The notes beneath the pieces were generated by a model, which was not told where the DNA came from, did no database searches, and saw nothing but the letters and a program-made list of their open reading frames with translations. A stretch of DNA of 56,679 nt from an uncultured Candidatus Woesearchaeota archaeon (GTDB lineage Archaea; Nanobdellota; Nanobdellia; Woesearchaeales; B29-G15). Shown piece by piece: positions 40,741-51,337 of this stretch. Position numbers and translations under genes: made by a program. The stretch covers positions 1-56,679 of the forward strand of contig CAIWSB010000030.1 of assembly GCA_903915225.1 (NCBI GenBank), given 5' to 3'. The first letter of the stretch is position 1, and each line of letters begins with the position of its first letter.

Positions 40741-41342
40741 GAGTATATTTCGCAACAACTAACCCGGGAAAAGTAAACACATTTGGCAAGGTCTTTGAGC
40801 AATACGGCCACGAGATTGTTGAGGTCAAGATGGAGCTTCCAGAGCCAAGGACCGAGGATATAAATAAAATCGCAATTGCAAAAGTGAAATATGCCTATGA
40901 GAAATTAAAATCCCCCTGCTTTGCCCATGACTCTGGGTTTTACCTGCACGCCTTAGGCGGCTATCCTGGCTCTTATGTAAATTCCATACTAAAGAACCCA
41001 AAGATGAACATCCCGAAGATACTGAAGCTGATGGAGGGCGAGCCCCGTGAGGCTGGATTTTTGAACACAATCGCCTACCTGGACAGCACCCTCGCTGAGC
41101 CGATGTGCTTCACCTCCTCAATCGAAGGCCGCCTCTCAGAACAGCCCATGGGGACACTAAAAGAGTATTCCCTGTCAGATCTCCACCTTATCTTCATCCC
41201 AGAAGGATGCACAAAGACCATGGCTGACATGACGCGGGAGGAATATTTTGAGTGGAGAACCATAAGGCAGCCAAATTCCGTGGCAAGCAAGTTCGGCGAG
41301 TGGCTCTCAAGCCGTGAAACACCAGCAAAACTTTTTAAATAG
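40737..41342 (+). CDS. Non-canonical purine NTP pyrophosphatase (Ham1/ITPase family)
   Basis: 'FATTNPGKV', 'HDSGFYLHALGGYPGSYV'. ATGA overlap upstream. Confidence 0.8.
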   Translation: MRVYFATTNPGKVNTFGKVFEQYGHEIVEVKMELPEPRTEDINKIAIAKVKYAYEKLKSPCFAHDSGFYLHALGGYPGSYVNSILKNPKMNIPKILKLMEGEPREAGFLNTIAYLDSTLAEPMCFTSSIEGRLSEQPMGTLKEYSLSDLHLIFIPEGCTKTMADMTREEYFEWRTIRQPNSVASKFGEWLSSRETPAKLFK

Positions 41343-41361
41343 TACTTCTAACTGTTTCTTT

Positions 41362-41868
41362 ATGAAAAACAGAATCGTGGGCTACTTTGTCATTGGGATT
41401 GCAGCGTTAATCGGGCTAATCATCTACCTATTCAACCACGCATTGACAACCATTGTAAACACATCATGCTCCCACGGCACAACATGCCCAATGTGGGGGA
41501 CAATTAATTTCCAGACAAACATAAGCCTGGTGATACTCATCCTAATCCTTCTAATCGGACTTTACCTCATATTCCTCAGCAAGGAAGAGGTAATTGTGAC
41601 TAAGATTAAGCGAGTGAAAGAGCAGATAACCCCAAAGCATGTCACAAAGAAAAACTATGAGAAGGTAATGGAATCCTTAGACGATGAAGAGAAAAAGCTC
41701 CTCGGCCTAATCATAGACTCAGAAGGCACAATCTTCCAATCTGATTTGGTCGAAAAGACAAAGCTTGGCAAGGTAAAGGTAACGAGAATCCTTGACAGGC
41801 TTGAAGGAAAAGACTTAATAGAGAGAAAGCGCCGCGGCATGACTAATGTTGTAATTCTTAAACATTAA
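41362..41868 (+). CDS. Membrane-anchored winged-helix (MarR-like) transcription regulator
   Basis: Two TM segments, then 'IFQSDLVEKTKLGKVKVTRILDRLEGKDLIERKRRGMTNVV'. Start at ATG 41362. Confidence 0.7.
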   Translation: MKNRIVGYFVIGIAALIGLIIYLFNHALTTIVNTSCSHGTTCPMWGTINFQTNISLVILILILLIGLYLIFLSKEEVIVTKIKRVKEQITPKHVTKKNYEKVMESLDDEEKKLLGLIIDSEGTIFQSDLVEKTKLGKVKVTRILDRLEGKDLIERKRRGMTNVVILKH

Positions 41869-41949
41869 GCTGCCATCTAAAATGAGAGTAGAGTTGGCGA
41901 AACTAGTTTCACTCCATCCTTCTTAAGCTGTTTCAGTTTTCTAGTCTTC

Positions 41950-42591
41950 ATGAAAAACAAAAATACTCCAAAACCAGGTTGTTGTAACACTAAGCATGAA
42001 AAAGGCAAAGGGTTCCTGAGCGGACTATTGTACGCCCTGATACCCCACACCGGGTGCATATTATTCATTGTATTTACTGTGCTCGGTGTGACAGCTGCAA
42101 CAGCAGTATTCAGGCAGTTCCTGATGAATCCCTACGCATTTTACATACTCATAGGGCTTTCATTTGTGCTGGCCACAGTGTCTGCAATAATTTACCTTCG
42201 CAGAAACGTCGGGCTAAACGTGGACGGCATGAAAAGGAAATGGAAGTACCTATCCATCCTATATGGAACAACACTAATTGTCAACGTGCTGTTCTTCACA
42301 GTCATTTTCCCTGCTGCAACAAATGCAATCACAGTGCAAGGGCCAGACACAGGGCAGGTAGTGGAGCCCTTATCTGTTTCCCTCCAGGTTACCATACCCT
42401 GCTCTGGCCATGCCCTGCTGATTAGCAGTGAGATTCAGAAAGTAAATGGAGTCTTGGGAGTAAAATATCGCCAGCCGAACTTTTTCGACGTCTCATACGA
42501 CGGCTCGAAAACCAATGAGGGAGCAATACTCAAAATTGACGTCTTCAAGACATACCCTGCAAGGGTCACTGCATCAAACTTCGGGGTCTAA
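41950..42591 (+). CDS. Membrane protein with N-terminal Cys pair and C-terminal HMA-like fold (putative metal handling)
   Basis: 'KPGCCNTKH', 'IPHTGC', 4 TM segments, C-terminal 'VSLQVTIPCSGHALLISSEIQKVNGVLGV' (ferredoxin-like, no CxxC). Immediately upstream of copA. Confidence 0.5.
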   Translation: MKNKNTPKPGCCNTKHEKGKGFLSGLLYALIPHTGCILFIVFTVLGVTAATAVFRQFLMNPYAFYILIGLSFVLATVSAIIYLRRNVGLNVDGMKRKWKYLSILYGTTLIVNVLFFTVIFPAATNAITVQGPDTGQVVEPLSVSLQVTIPCSGHALLISSEIQKVNGVLGVKYRQPNFFDVSYDGSKTNEGAILKIDVFKTYPARVTASNFGV

Positions 42592-42641
42592 TTTAAATAG
42601 TAATGGCAATGGTACAAATCGGAAGGGATAGTGTGGATTAA

Positions 42642-44843
42642 ATGGAACGAATAACAATCAATATAGGGGGAATGCACTGCGCCTCATGCGCTGCAAACAT
42701 AGAAAAGAAGCTCATTGGCATGAGAGGGGTAATCTCGGCCAATGTGAATTTTGCAACTGAGAAGGCCACTGTTGAGTTTGACCCAGGAATTCAGGCAAAA
42801 TCCTCTCTGCTTAAGGCAATCTCCAAGCTGGGATACAAACCAACTGAGGAAATCTCGAAAGGCGCAGACGCCCAGCAGCAAGGCATGGACTCTGAGACAA
42901 AGAAGTTGAAACGACTATTCATACTATCTCTTGCCTTCGCCCTGCCAATATTCGTACTATCAATGCCAGAAATATTCAGGATTAGTGTTCCACCAATTGT
43001 CCTGTTCATCCTGGCAACACCTGTGCAGTTCATTGTTGGCTTTAGGTTCTACAGGGGCGCCTGGCGTGCACTAATGTCAAAAACAGCCAGCATGGATACA
43101 TTAATCGCCGTTGGCACATCTGCTGCATACATCTACAGCACCTTGGTTGTATTCGGCCAGCTGCCAGGCGATTCATTATATTTTGACACATCTGCGGTTA
43201 TAATCACATTTATCCTCCTGGGAAAATGGCTTGAGGCAATCACAAAAGGCAAGGCCTCAATGGCCATCAAGAGGCTCATCGGGCTCCAGCCCAAGACAGC
43301 AATTGTGATTAGAGACAACAAGGAACTCACAATCCCAATTGATGATGTAAAGGTGGGTGACATAGTACTGGTAAAGCCCGGCCAGAAAATCCCAGTGGAT
43401 GGTATTGTCAAATTCGGCTCTTCTTCAGTTGATGAATCTATGATTACAGGTGAGAGCATGCCTGTTGAGAAGAAGCCAGGTGACAAGCTGATTGGCGCAA
43501 CAATAAACAAGAATGGCATGATGAGATTTAAGGCAACCCAGGTTGGCCAGGACACTGTGCTCAGCCAGATTATCGCCATGGTTGGCGCAGCCCAGGGCAG
43601 CAAGGCGCCAATCCAGAGGCTTGCCGACAAGGTGAGCGGTTACTTTGTCCCTGCAGTAATATTAATCGCAATCGCCTCTTTCCTGGTGTGGTTCCTCTTG
43701 GTTGGGCAATCCCTTGTATTCTCCATGAGCATTTTTGTTACAGTATTAATCATTGCATGCCCGTGCGTGCTCGGGTTAGCAACACCCACAGCAATAATGG
43801 TCGGTACAGGAAAGGCAGCTGAGAACGGCGTCCTAATAAAAAGCGGAGAGGCTCTTGAGAATGCCCACAAGGTCACTACTGTTGTTTTTGACAAGACAGG
43901 CACACTGACAGAAGGAAAGCCAAGGGTAACAGATATCCTGACAGCAGACGGGCTAAATGCAAAAGAGGTTCTGACATATGCAGCAATTGCAGAAAAAGGC
44001 TCTGAGCATCCATTGGCAGATGCAATCCTAGAAAAGGCTGGGAAAATGAAAATCCCAGACGCGAGCCATTTTCAGGCAATCCCTGGGCATGGTATACTCG
44101 CTAAACACAATTCAAAGGAAATCCTCTTCGGCAACAGGGAGCTTTTCCTCAAATATCGTGTGGATATTTCCCCGATTGAATCCGAACTGGGCAAGCTGGA
44201 GCATGGAGGCAAGACAGCCATGATTCTAGGCCTAGACAGGAAGATTGTGGGGATAATCGCTGTCTCAGACCAGGTTAAGGAGTCCTCAAAGGAAGCCATC
44301 CAGCAGCTAAAGGCAATGGGCAAAAAGGTTGTAATGCTGACAGGTGACAATAAGAGGACTGCAGCAGCAATTGCCTCGCAGCTGAAGATTGACCGTGTGA
44401 TTGCAGGAGTCATCCCGCAGCATAAAGAAGAGGAGATTGAAAGGCTCCAGCAGCAGGGTGAGTTTGTGGCAATGGTTGGCGATGGAATAAATGACGCCCC
44501 TGCGCTGGCTAAGGCAGACCTTGGGATTGCAATTGGTGCAGGAACAGATGTTGCTCTGGAAACAGGGCAGGTTGTCCTAATCAAGAATGACCTGCGTGAT
44601 GTGGCAACTGCCATTGATCTCAGCAATTATACATTAAAGAAAATCAAGCAGAACCTCTTCTGGGCATTTTTCTACAATTCCATCGGGCTCACAGTCGCAG
44701 CAGGCGTGTTTTACCCATCAATAGGGCTACTGCTGAACCCCATGATTGCAGGCGCTGCAATGGCATTCAGCTCAGTGTCTGTTGTCAGCAACTCACTCCT
44801 CATGATGAGGTATAAAAGAAAGACATATCGGCATGTTAAATAG
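42642..44843 (+). CDS. copA: Copper-translocating P1B-type ATPase
   Basis: HMA 'GMHCASC', 'TGESMP', 'CPC', 'DKTGTLT', 'GDGINDAP'. 733 aa. Confidence 0.97.
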   Translation: MERITINIGGMHCASCAANIEKKLIGMRGVISANVNFATEKATVEFDPGIQAKSSLLKAISKLGYKPTEEISKGADAQQQGMDSETKKLKRLFILSLAFALPIFVLSMPEIFRISVPPIVLFILATPVQFIVGFRFYRGAWRALMSKTASMDTLIAVGTSAAYIYSTLVVFGQLPGDSLYFDTSAVIITFILLGKWLEAITKGKASMAIKRLIGLQPKTAIVIRDNKELTIPIDDVKVGDIVLVKPGQKIPVDGIVKFGSSSVDESMITGESMPVEKKPGDKLIGATINKNGMMRFKATQVGQDTVLSQIIAMVGAAQGSKAPIQRLADKVSGYFVPAVILIAIASFLVWFLLVGQSLVFSMSIFVTVLIIACPCVLGLATPTAIMVGTGKAAENGVLIKSGEALENAHKVTTVVFDKTGTLTEGKPRVTDILTADGLNAKEVLTYAAIAEKGSEHPLADAILEKAGKMKIPDASHFQAIPGHGILAKHNSKEILFGNRELFLKYRVDISPIESELGKLEHGGKTAMILGLDRKIVGIIAVSDQVKESSKEAIQQLKAMGKKVVMLTGDNKRTAAAIASQLKIDRVIAGVIPQHKEEEIERLQQQGEFVAMVGDGINDAPALAKADLGIAIGAGTDVALETGQVVLIKNDLRDVATAIDLSNYTLKKIKQNLFWAFFYNSIGLTVAAGVFYPSIGLLLNPMIAGAAMAFSSVSVVSNSLLMMRYKRKTYRHVK

Positions 44844-44850
44844 TCCTGTC

Positions 44851-45579
44851 CTATTTTGATTTCAAGAAGTAGTTGATATTTTTTATGTCATTGTCGAGGC
44901 CAGTGGTTTTGGGGGTTTCAAAAGTGAGCATGGCATTGTTGAGTGCCTCAATCCTTTTCTTTATGGATTTTATATCGAAATCCCCCTCGCCAAGGTTCAG
45001 GTGCTCATCCTTGTCGCTGTCCCTATGCCCATCAGAGATGTGGAACATCTTGGGGCCTAAAGACAGGAATTGGGGAATAAAGTCCTTTTTCAGGGTATGG
45101 CCTGCCTTAATTGCGTGGGAGAAATCCAGGCAGAACCCAAACCCTGCTTTCAGGAATAGGGAAATCTCCTCTGGGGTTGCGCCTATGCAATCCTCGCCGT
45201 TCAGGCCGCTCTTCGGCATGTTCTCAATCAGGGAGTTTTTTATTCCCTTGGTCTTTAGGAACCTGATAGATTGCTCAATCTCCCCGAACTCAGGATGGAA
45301 AATTACAAACTCCGGCTTCAGCAGCAGAGCGAATTGCTCGATCTCATCATAAATCTCAGAATTCTTTTTATTATTCCTATCCGCGGCGTTAAAGCCATGG
45401 CGGGAGTGCGGGGCATGCAGAACAAGCGGGATGCCCATCTTTTTCAGAATCACACAATTCTTAATAGTTCCCGGCACCATGTAAACCTCAAGGTATGAAA
45501 ACATTTCCTGCTTGTAGAGCTCCTCTGCAATCGGGAACAGCTCAGTGTTTGTCGACCAAATCTTGATTCCAATCCTCAT
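44851..45579 (-). CDS. Xylose-isomerase-like TIM-barrel protein (sugar phosphate isomerase/epimerase family)
   Basis: 242 aa with conserved His/Asp/Glu spacing ('LHAPH', 'IFHPE', 'HISDGH...DEHL'). Last gene of the glycan cluster. Confidence 0.55.
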   Translation of the reverse strand: MRIGIKIWSTNTELFPIAEELYKQEMFSYLEVYMVPGTIKNCVILKKMGIPLVLHAPHSRHGFNAADRNNKKNSEIYDEIEQFALLLKPEFVIFHPEFGEIEQSIRFLKTKGIKNSLIENMPKSGLNGEDCIGATPEEISLFLKAGFGFCLDFSHAIKAGHTLKKDFIPQFLSLGPKMFHISDGHRDSDKDEHLNLGEGDFDIKSIKKRIEALNNAMLTFETPKTTGLDNDIKNINYFLKSK

Positions 45580-46268
45580 TTGTTTCCACTCCTGATTATT
45601 GAGAGCGATTCCTCTCCCATGTTGAACAACAGGTCAATCACACCCAGGAATGGCATAAACTCGCCAAACAATTGATTATATTTTGGGTGCGTGAATTCCT
45701 GGTAAGCGAGTTTGATGTTTTCTTTCGGGAAGAGGTTGTTCTCCTCAATGTATTCCCTTGAGCCCTGGGGCGATATATACTCATCGCATTTCATGGCCTT
45801 GCATATCGTTATCAGCCTTTCCACCTTGTCTGCATTCCCAAGGCCCAATTCAGAGGATATCTTAATGGTGGTCTTAATCCCTAACTCCTTCTTTGCCCAT
45901 GTTATTATTTTCATGTTGAAATCGCATAACCTGTCGAATTTGCCTGAGTAAATCTTTTCCAAAGGCCCAATGTATTTATCGAAGAAACTGCTCCTCGAGT
46001 AGTTCGCCTTGATCGAAAGTAAGTGCTTCTTTTGCCAATCCTGCGTGTTATCAATAAGGACATCCTTAATCAGCTGCCTTTTGTCCTTGTCCTTGACAGG
46101 GATTGTCAGCCATAACTCTCCCGCGCTGCCCTTAATCCTGTTCCTCTGCTGCCAGCTCTGCTTGCTGAACTCAACGTCATCCAGAAAAACAAACCTGTCA
46201 ACGCTGTCCATAAGTGCAAAATATCCTGCCCACGGCAAATAGGTTGGCTGCATTATGGCTAGCTTCAT
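45576..46268 (-). CDS. WbqC family protein
   Basis: 'MQPTYLPWAGYF', 'QQRNRI'. Start at ATG 46268 (GGGTG 7 nt upstream). The track start at 46274 is a GTG. Confidence 0.8.
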   Translation of the reverse strand: MKLAIMQPTYLPWAGYFALMDSVDRFVFLDDVEFSKQSWQQRNRIKGSAGELWLTIPVKDKDKRQLIKDVLIDNTQDWQKKHLLSIKANYSRSSFFDKYIGPLEKIYSGKFDRLCDFNMKIITWAKKELGIKTTIKISSELGLGNADKVERLITICKAMKCDEYISPQGSREYIEENNLFPKENIKLAYQEFTHPKYNQLFGEFMPFLGVIDLLFNMGEESLSIIRSGNK

Positions 46269-46270
46269 TT

Positions 46271-47782
46271 TCACACCCTTTTCTTGAGGTCCTCCAGCAG
46301 GTCTATATGTTCGTGTTTCAGCACCCTGTCCAGGACATAGGGCCTGTAAAGCACTCTGGGCTTATTAACCTTCTCAACCCCCTCAAAGATTTTCCTTAGC
46401 TTTGCATCGCCCTCTAAAAATCCTTTGCTTTCCGCAGATAGCTCTATGTTGTTTATCTGGAACACATCATTAAATATTTCACAGTATTTATGGAGGAAAT
46501 AGTATCTCTCATTGTCAAGCCACGGTCTGAATTTTTTCCCGACTTCTACGCCGCTATCGAACGAGGCCTCCTCAAAATCCTTAAGTGTTTCAGGCAATTC
46601 CAACCCCATTGTGTTTTTTACATACTCAGTAATTGGTGTGCAGGGCAATGGCAGGAAGAAATAGCACAATGACCTGACGTAAGGGTTGATTGCTTTCAGC
46701 CTAACCATCATCTCGAAGTTCATTCGCAGATCTGCATCTCTTTCTGTAGGCAGCCCGATAATGAAATTGTGGGTTGTTGTTATGCCTTTTTTGAATAATT
46801 TCCGATTAATCTCGGGGATTCTCTCCAGTAGTATATTCTTGTTGAGCAATTTCTGCAGCAGAGGAGAGGCAGATTCAATTGAGTAAATAACTGTCTGCAC
46901 AATCCCCCCCATCGCATCTATAATCTCATCATCGAGGTTGTTCAAATGAGCTATGCATTGTTCAATGTAAAATCCCTTTTTGCGCATCCATCTCAATATC
47001 TCCAGAACCCTTTTCTTATTCACAACGAAATTATCATCGCCGAATGTGAAAACTGTGGTTTTGGTCTCCCTGTTTATCTTCTCTATCTCTGCGATAACAT
47101 GGCTTGCAGTCCTTGACCTCCACAATGGGGAGCCCTTCTTTAATTCGCTATCAATTGACTGGCTGTAGCAGAAGCTGCACTGGAACGGGCATCCCTTGCT
47201 GCTCATAATCCTGAAATAGTATGGGATTTGCTCCAAGTTGTAATTCTTGCCGAAAACCTTCCAGTTGGGCACAGGCAGCTTGTCCAGGTCATTCTCCAGC
47301 GGGCGTGGCTTGTTGGTGTATACAATCCCATTGAGTTTGTATGAAAGCCCTTTTATTTCCCTGATGTCGAGCTTCCCTTCCAAATACTGTAAGAGCTCAA
47401 ATAAGGTGTATTCCCCCTCGTATCTCACTGCAAAGTCAACATCATACTCCTTGAGCATCTCCTCAGGGTAGAGCGAAGCCATGACCCCTCCTATGCAAAT
47501 GGGGATTTTCGGATTAATCGACTTAATCCTCTTTGAAAACTCCTTTGTGTTCTTCATGAACTCCCCGATGAACACAGTGAAGCCAACAAGGGAATATTCG
47601 CCATTCTTTATCTTGGCCCAATCTATCTCTTCAAATGCGGTATTGACTATCTCGCATTCATAGCCTTTCTCTGCAATGAATGAGGCCAGGTTCAGAAGAC
47701 CAATCGGCGGCTCCTGCCGCAAAACCGCCTTTGAGGTTTTGTGCACCTTGTATGACGGGCTTATGAGGAGTATTTTTTTCAT
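46271..47782 (-). CDS. B12-binding-domain radical SAM enzyme
   Basis: N-terminal Rossmann-like B12-binding region and a 'SKGCPFQCSFCY' CxxxCxxC cluster. 503 aa. Confidence 0.85.
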   Translation of the reverse strand: MKKILLISPSYKVHKTSKAVLRQEPPIGLLNLASFIAEKGYECEIVNTAFEEIDWAKIKNGEYSLVGFTVFIGEFMKNTKEFSKRIKSINPKIPICIGGVMASLYPEEMLKEYDVDFAVRYEGEYTLFELLQYLEGKLDIREIKGLSYKLNGIVYTNKPRPLENDLDKLPVPNWKVFGKNYNLEQIPYYFRIMSSKGCPFQCSFCYSQSIDSELKKGSPLWRSRTASHVIAEIEKINRETKTTVFTFGDDNFVVNKKRVLEILRWMRKKGFYIEQCIAHLNNLDDEIIDAMGGIVQTVIYSIESASPLLQKLLNKNILLERIPEINRKLFKKGITTTHNFIIGLPTERDADLRMNFEMMVRLKAINPYVRSLCYFFLPLPCTPITEYVKNTMGLELPETLKDFEEASFDSGVEVGKKFRPWLDNERYYFLHKYCEIFNDVFQINNIELSAESKGFLEGDAKLRKIFEGVEKVNKPRVLYRPYVLDRVLKHEHIDLLEDLKKRV

Positions 47783-48465
47783 CTGTGAAAAAACCCCTCA
47801 ATGTCTGCCAAAGAGAAGCCAATTCTGGGATCGAAAAATTCTATAATATCCTTGATTAAGACAAAATCGTCTGTATAGTCCACGCACAATCTGATATCCT
47901 GGGTTTTTAATTTCTTCTTTGGATTAATATACTGCGTCTTGAATTTCCTCGGGTTTTTGGTTATGTAGAGTGTGACATGCTCCCTCTCTGATCTGGATTT
48001 TGCCTCCTTGTTTGTCCTTTCAAGTGTGGCAAAACCAAATATCTCCACATCCTGGCCGCGCGGGAAATGCCTCCCAGACTCAACATTTGTGGCAGTGTAC
48101 TGATTTTTTTTCTTAAGATGTTCCTTGATCACCATATCAACGAGATTTGGATCAATCAGCGGGCAGTCTGCTGTTATCCTGATAATCTGATCTGCCTTCT
48201 CTTTTTTTGCGCAGTCATAGTACCTTTTAAGCACATCAGCCTCAGAACCCCTGAAGCAAGCTGTTTTAGTCTTTTTGCAGAACTTCTCAATGGCGTCATT
48301 CTCCTTCTGGACTGAAGTTGCCACAACAATCCTTCCAATGCCGCGGGAAAGCTTCAGCCTCTTAATGACATACCATAAAATGGGCTTTCCTCTTATTCTC
48401 TTGAGCACCTTCCCAGGAAGCCTGTTGGAACCCATTCTGGCTTGGACAATGGCAATTATCTTCAT
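47779..48465 (-). CDS. Cytidylyltransferase (SpsF-like; candidate CMP-nonulosonate synthetase)
   Basis: 'AIVQARMGSNRLPGKVL'. Start set to ATG 48465 (ATGA overlap with the upstream stop). The track start is 48486. Confidence 0.75.
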   Translation of the reverse strand: MKIIAIVQARMGSNRLPGKVLKRIRGKPILWYVIKRLKLSRGIGRIVVATSVQKENDAIEKFCKKTKTACFRGSEADVLKRYYDCAKKEKADQIIRITADCPLIDPNLVDMVIKEHLKKKNQYTATNVESGRHFPRGQDVEIFGFATLERTNKEAKSRSEREHVTLYITKNPRKFKTQYINPKKKLKTQDIRLCVDYTDDFVLIKDIIEFFDPRIGFSLADIEGFFHR

Positions 48466-49577
48466 TTTTCCAGCAGGTGTTCCCATTTAATGCCCTGGCC
48501 ATAACACACGGGCTTATGCAGCTTGGCGCCAATTATCCCCTTGAAATACCTGGGATGCAACCCCGGGCTCAAGTTTCGTTCAGTCCTCAGCACTGCAACA
48601 GAATGTGGAGTTATTCTCTCCCCAATCTTCATATCCTTTATGGCCACGATGCTTCTCTTATCTCCCGGGTAGAGTTCCTTTTCAGACTCAGGTATAATCT
48701 TTCTGAAAACCCCCAATATTTTGCCCAATTCCTTTTCCCTAATCAGGGAATTCAACATCTTCCATTGCTCTTCATGTTCTAATTTTTCAAACTCGCGTAT
48801 TGATGTGACCATCTGCTTTAGCTCCTCAGGGTTCAGGGCAAACCTATGGTCCGGGCCTTCCATCTTCTTGTCCAGGGTAAGGTGTTTCTCAATTATTGAG
48901 GCCCCTTTAAACACAGCAACCAGCGGACCATAAATCGGGTGCAATGTGTGGTCTGAGAAACCAACAGGAATATCAAATATTTTCCTAAATGTCTCAATAA
49001 CATTCAGGTTGCAGTCCTCAAGCGGTGCGGGATATGCGCTCACGCAGTGGAGTATTGCTATTCTCTTATTGAATTTGGAGATCGTATCAATTGCCTCATC
49101 AATCTCACATATTTTTGACAGTCCGGTGGACATAATAATCGGCTTTCCCTTCTTGGCTATATATTCCAGCAGAGGGATGTGGTTCAGCTCAGGCGAGGCG
49201 ATTTTGAAGGCATCCACGCTGATTTCTGCCAATTCATCAACTGCCTGCTCGTCGAAGGGCGAGCATAGGAATATCAGTTTTTTATGTTCCGCATGTAGCT
49301 TCAATTCAACTAGCCATTTGACTGGTAGTTCCATATTTTTAATGAGCTTAAAGAAGTCCACTTCCTTATTATTCAGCCTGACATTCCCGCAATTGGACGG
49401 GTATAGCTTCTCTGCCCTGAACAGTTGGAACTTGACTGCATCTGCCTTAGCCTCGGCTGCTGCATCAATTAGTTTTTTTGCCAGGAGAATATCCTTGTTG
49501 TGGTTGCTCCCTGCCTCAGCGATGATGAAGCAGTTTTTCTCATCTCCAATAAGCTTGTTTTTTATCTTAAATGCCAT
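48462..49577 (-). CDS. Nonulosonic acid synthase (NeuB/PseI/SpsE family) with a C-terminal SAF domain
   Basis: 'CFIIAEAGSNHN', 'AVKFQ', 'GFSDHT'. 371 aa. Confidence 0.9.
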   Translation of the reverse strand: MAFKIKNKLIGDEKNCFIIAEAGSNHNKDILLAKKLIDAAAEAKADAVKFQLFRAEKLYPSNCGNVRLNNKEVDFFKLIKNMELPVKWLVELKLHAEHKKLIFLCSPFDEQAVDELAEISVDAFKIASPELNHIPLLEYIAKKGKPIIMSTGLSKICEIDEAIDTISKFNKRIAILHCVSAYPAPLEDCNLNVIETFRKIFDIPVGFSDHTLHPIYGPLVAVFKGASIIEKHLTLDKKMEGPDHRFALNPEELKQMVTSIREFEKLEHEEQWKMLNSLIREKELGKILGVFRKIIPESEKELYPGDKRSIVAIKDMKIGERITPHSVAVLRTERNLSPGLHPRYFKGIIGAKLHKPVCYGQGIKWEHLLEK

Positions 49578-49578
49578 T

Positions 49579-50208
49579 TTATTTCTTCTCCATTAAAAAG
49601 ATATTATCTGTCTTGTCAGGTTCATTAATGTACTTCAGCTTCCTCTCCTTGACCAGCTTGAGTTTTGGGAACCTCTCAAGAAACAATTTCAGGAAATTGT
49701 CCTTCCATAGTTTATTAGTATTGCCTCTATAAACAATTTCTTCCAGCTTATCAGAATAATACTCAAGGCACAGGATGTATCTTTTTGACATGCGGTACAT
49801 CTCATCCATTGCCTTGGGCAGGTCGCTTGGGTGGATGTGTATCAGCACCCCGTTGGTGAAAACCAAATCAAAGAAACCATCCTTGAATGGGACATCAAGA
49901 ATTGAGCCCTCAACAAGGTTTAGGTCTTTGTCTTCTTGTGCCAATAGGAGCGCGCTCCTGTTTATTTCAAATCCCCATAGGCTCTGGAACCCCTCTTTCT
50001 TTAAAAGCTTGAGCTGCCAGCCGTGATTGCACCCGCACTCAAGTATGGCGCTTGTTTTAGGGATGCCCTTGAAAAATTCCCTGTTCAGCTCTGTTTTTGT
50101 TACCCCATATTGATTTTTATAATAAGTGTCCAAATCCCCTGAGCATCGCTTTGTGTACTCATCCCCAAATTCCCCTTTCCAAAACTCAGACTGCTCATTA
50201 ATTGCCAT
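49579..50208 (-). CDS. Class I SAM methyltransferase (pseudaminic acid biosynthesis-associated methylase-like)
   Basis: 'FWKGEFGDEYTKR', SAM motif 'ILECGCNHGW'. 209 aa. Confidence 0.75.
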   Translation of the reverse strand: MAINEQSEFWKGEFGDEYTKRCSGDLDTYYKNQYGVTKTELNREFFKGIPKTSAILECGCNHGWQLKLLKKEGFQSLWGFEINRSALLLAQEDKDLNLVEGSILDVPFKDGFFDLVFTNGVLIHIHPSDLPKAMDEMYRMSKRYILCLEYYSDKLEEIVYRGNTNKLWKDNFLKLFLERFPKLKLVKERKLKYINEPDKTDNIFLMEKK

Positions 50209-50209
50209 T

Positions 50210-51337
50210 TTAATTATTGAAAAATCCTTTTATTGCTTCAATAACGTAATCCTGATCCTTTTCAGTTAAATTGGGAAAGATTGGGATTGAGATTATCCTT
50301 TCATAGAAATCCTCTGAAACCGGGCAGGACCCTTTCTTGTACCCCAAGGATTGGTAGTAGGGGTGCCAATATAAGGGGATATAATGGACCTGGCAATAGA
50401 TGTTCTTTTCCCTTAAATGATTGAACAGCCCCAGTCTCTTTGATTTGTCTTTCAATTTTATCACATAGAGATGGTAGGCGCAGGTTGTTCCGGGCGAACC
50501 TGATACAAACGTCAAGTGCTTGCTGTTTGAGAACGCATCGTCATATCTCTTTGCTATCCTCTTCCTCTTATCAATGAACATATTGACCCTTTCAATCTGG
50601 CTTAAGCCGAGGGCTGCCTGTATATCCGTTAGCCTGTAATTGTAGCCCAGCATCTGCATCTCATGGTACCATGGACCCTCGTTCTTGTTTTTATAGTCTG
50701 CAGGATTTTTGGTAATGCCATGGGTCCTGAGTATCATCAGCTTGTCATAAAGCTCCTTGGAGTTTGTTGTAATAATCCCGCCCTCGCCGGTTGTGATGTG
50801 CTTTACAGGATGGAGCGAGAAAATCGCCATGTCGGAATACCCGCATGAGCCTATCCTTGAATTCTTGTATGTTGAGCCGACTGCATGGCTCGCATCTTCA
50901 ATAATTGTCAGGCCGCTCGCAATTTCCCTTATCTTGTCCATCTCGCAGGGGAAACCCCCGTAATGTACCGGAATAATTATTTTTGTCTTGTTAGTTATCT
51001 TTTTTTCAATCAAATCTGGGTCAATCAACCCATTCCCATTTATATCTGAAAACACAGGCTTGGCGTTGCAATAGAGTGCGCAATTGGCAGAGGCTGCAAA
51101 GGTCATAGGCGTTGTTATCAGCTCATCGCCCTTAGAAAGCTCTGCTGCCAGGCATGCCAGGTGCAGCGCAGCAGTACCGTTGGAAACAGCAACTGCATAT
51201 TTTGAGCCAACAAAGGTGGCAAACTTTTTCTCAAAGGCAGGTATGGTTGGCCCGCAGGTGAGAAAATCGCTTTTCAGGACATCGGTGACTGCCTTAATAT
51301 CGCTATCATCAATTGTCTGTCTTCCATAAGGAATCAT
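50210..51337 (-). CDS. pseC: DegT/PseC-type PLP aminotransferase (UDP-4-amino-4,6-dideoxy-sugar transaminase)
   Basis: 'IPYGRQTIDDSDI', 'NGTAALHLA', PLP lysine 'SLHPVKHITTGEGG'. Confidence 0.9.
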   Translation of the reverse strand: MIPYGRQTIDDSDIKAVTDVLKSDFLTCGPTIPAFEKKFATFVGSKYAVAVSNGTAALHLACLAAELSKGDELITTPMTFAASANCALYCNAKPVFSDINGNGLIDPDLIEKKITNKTKIIIPVHYGGFPCEMDKIREIASGLTIIEDASHAVGSTYKNSRIGSCGYSDMAIFSLHPVKHITTGEGGIITTNSKELYDKLMILRTHGITKNPADYKNKNEGPWYHEMQMLGYNYRLTDIQAALGLSQIERVNMFIDKRKRIAKRYDDAFSNSKHLTFVSGSPGTTCAYHLYVIKLKDKSKRLGLFNHLREKNIYCQVHYIPLYWHPYYQSLGYKKGSCPVSEDFYERIISIPIFPNLTEKDQDYVIEAIKGFFNN

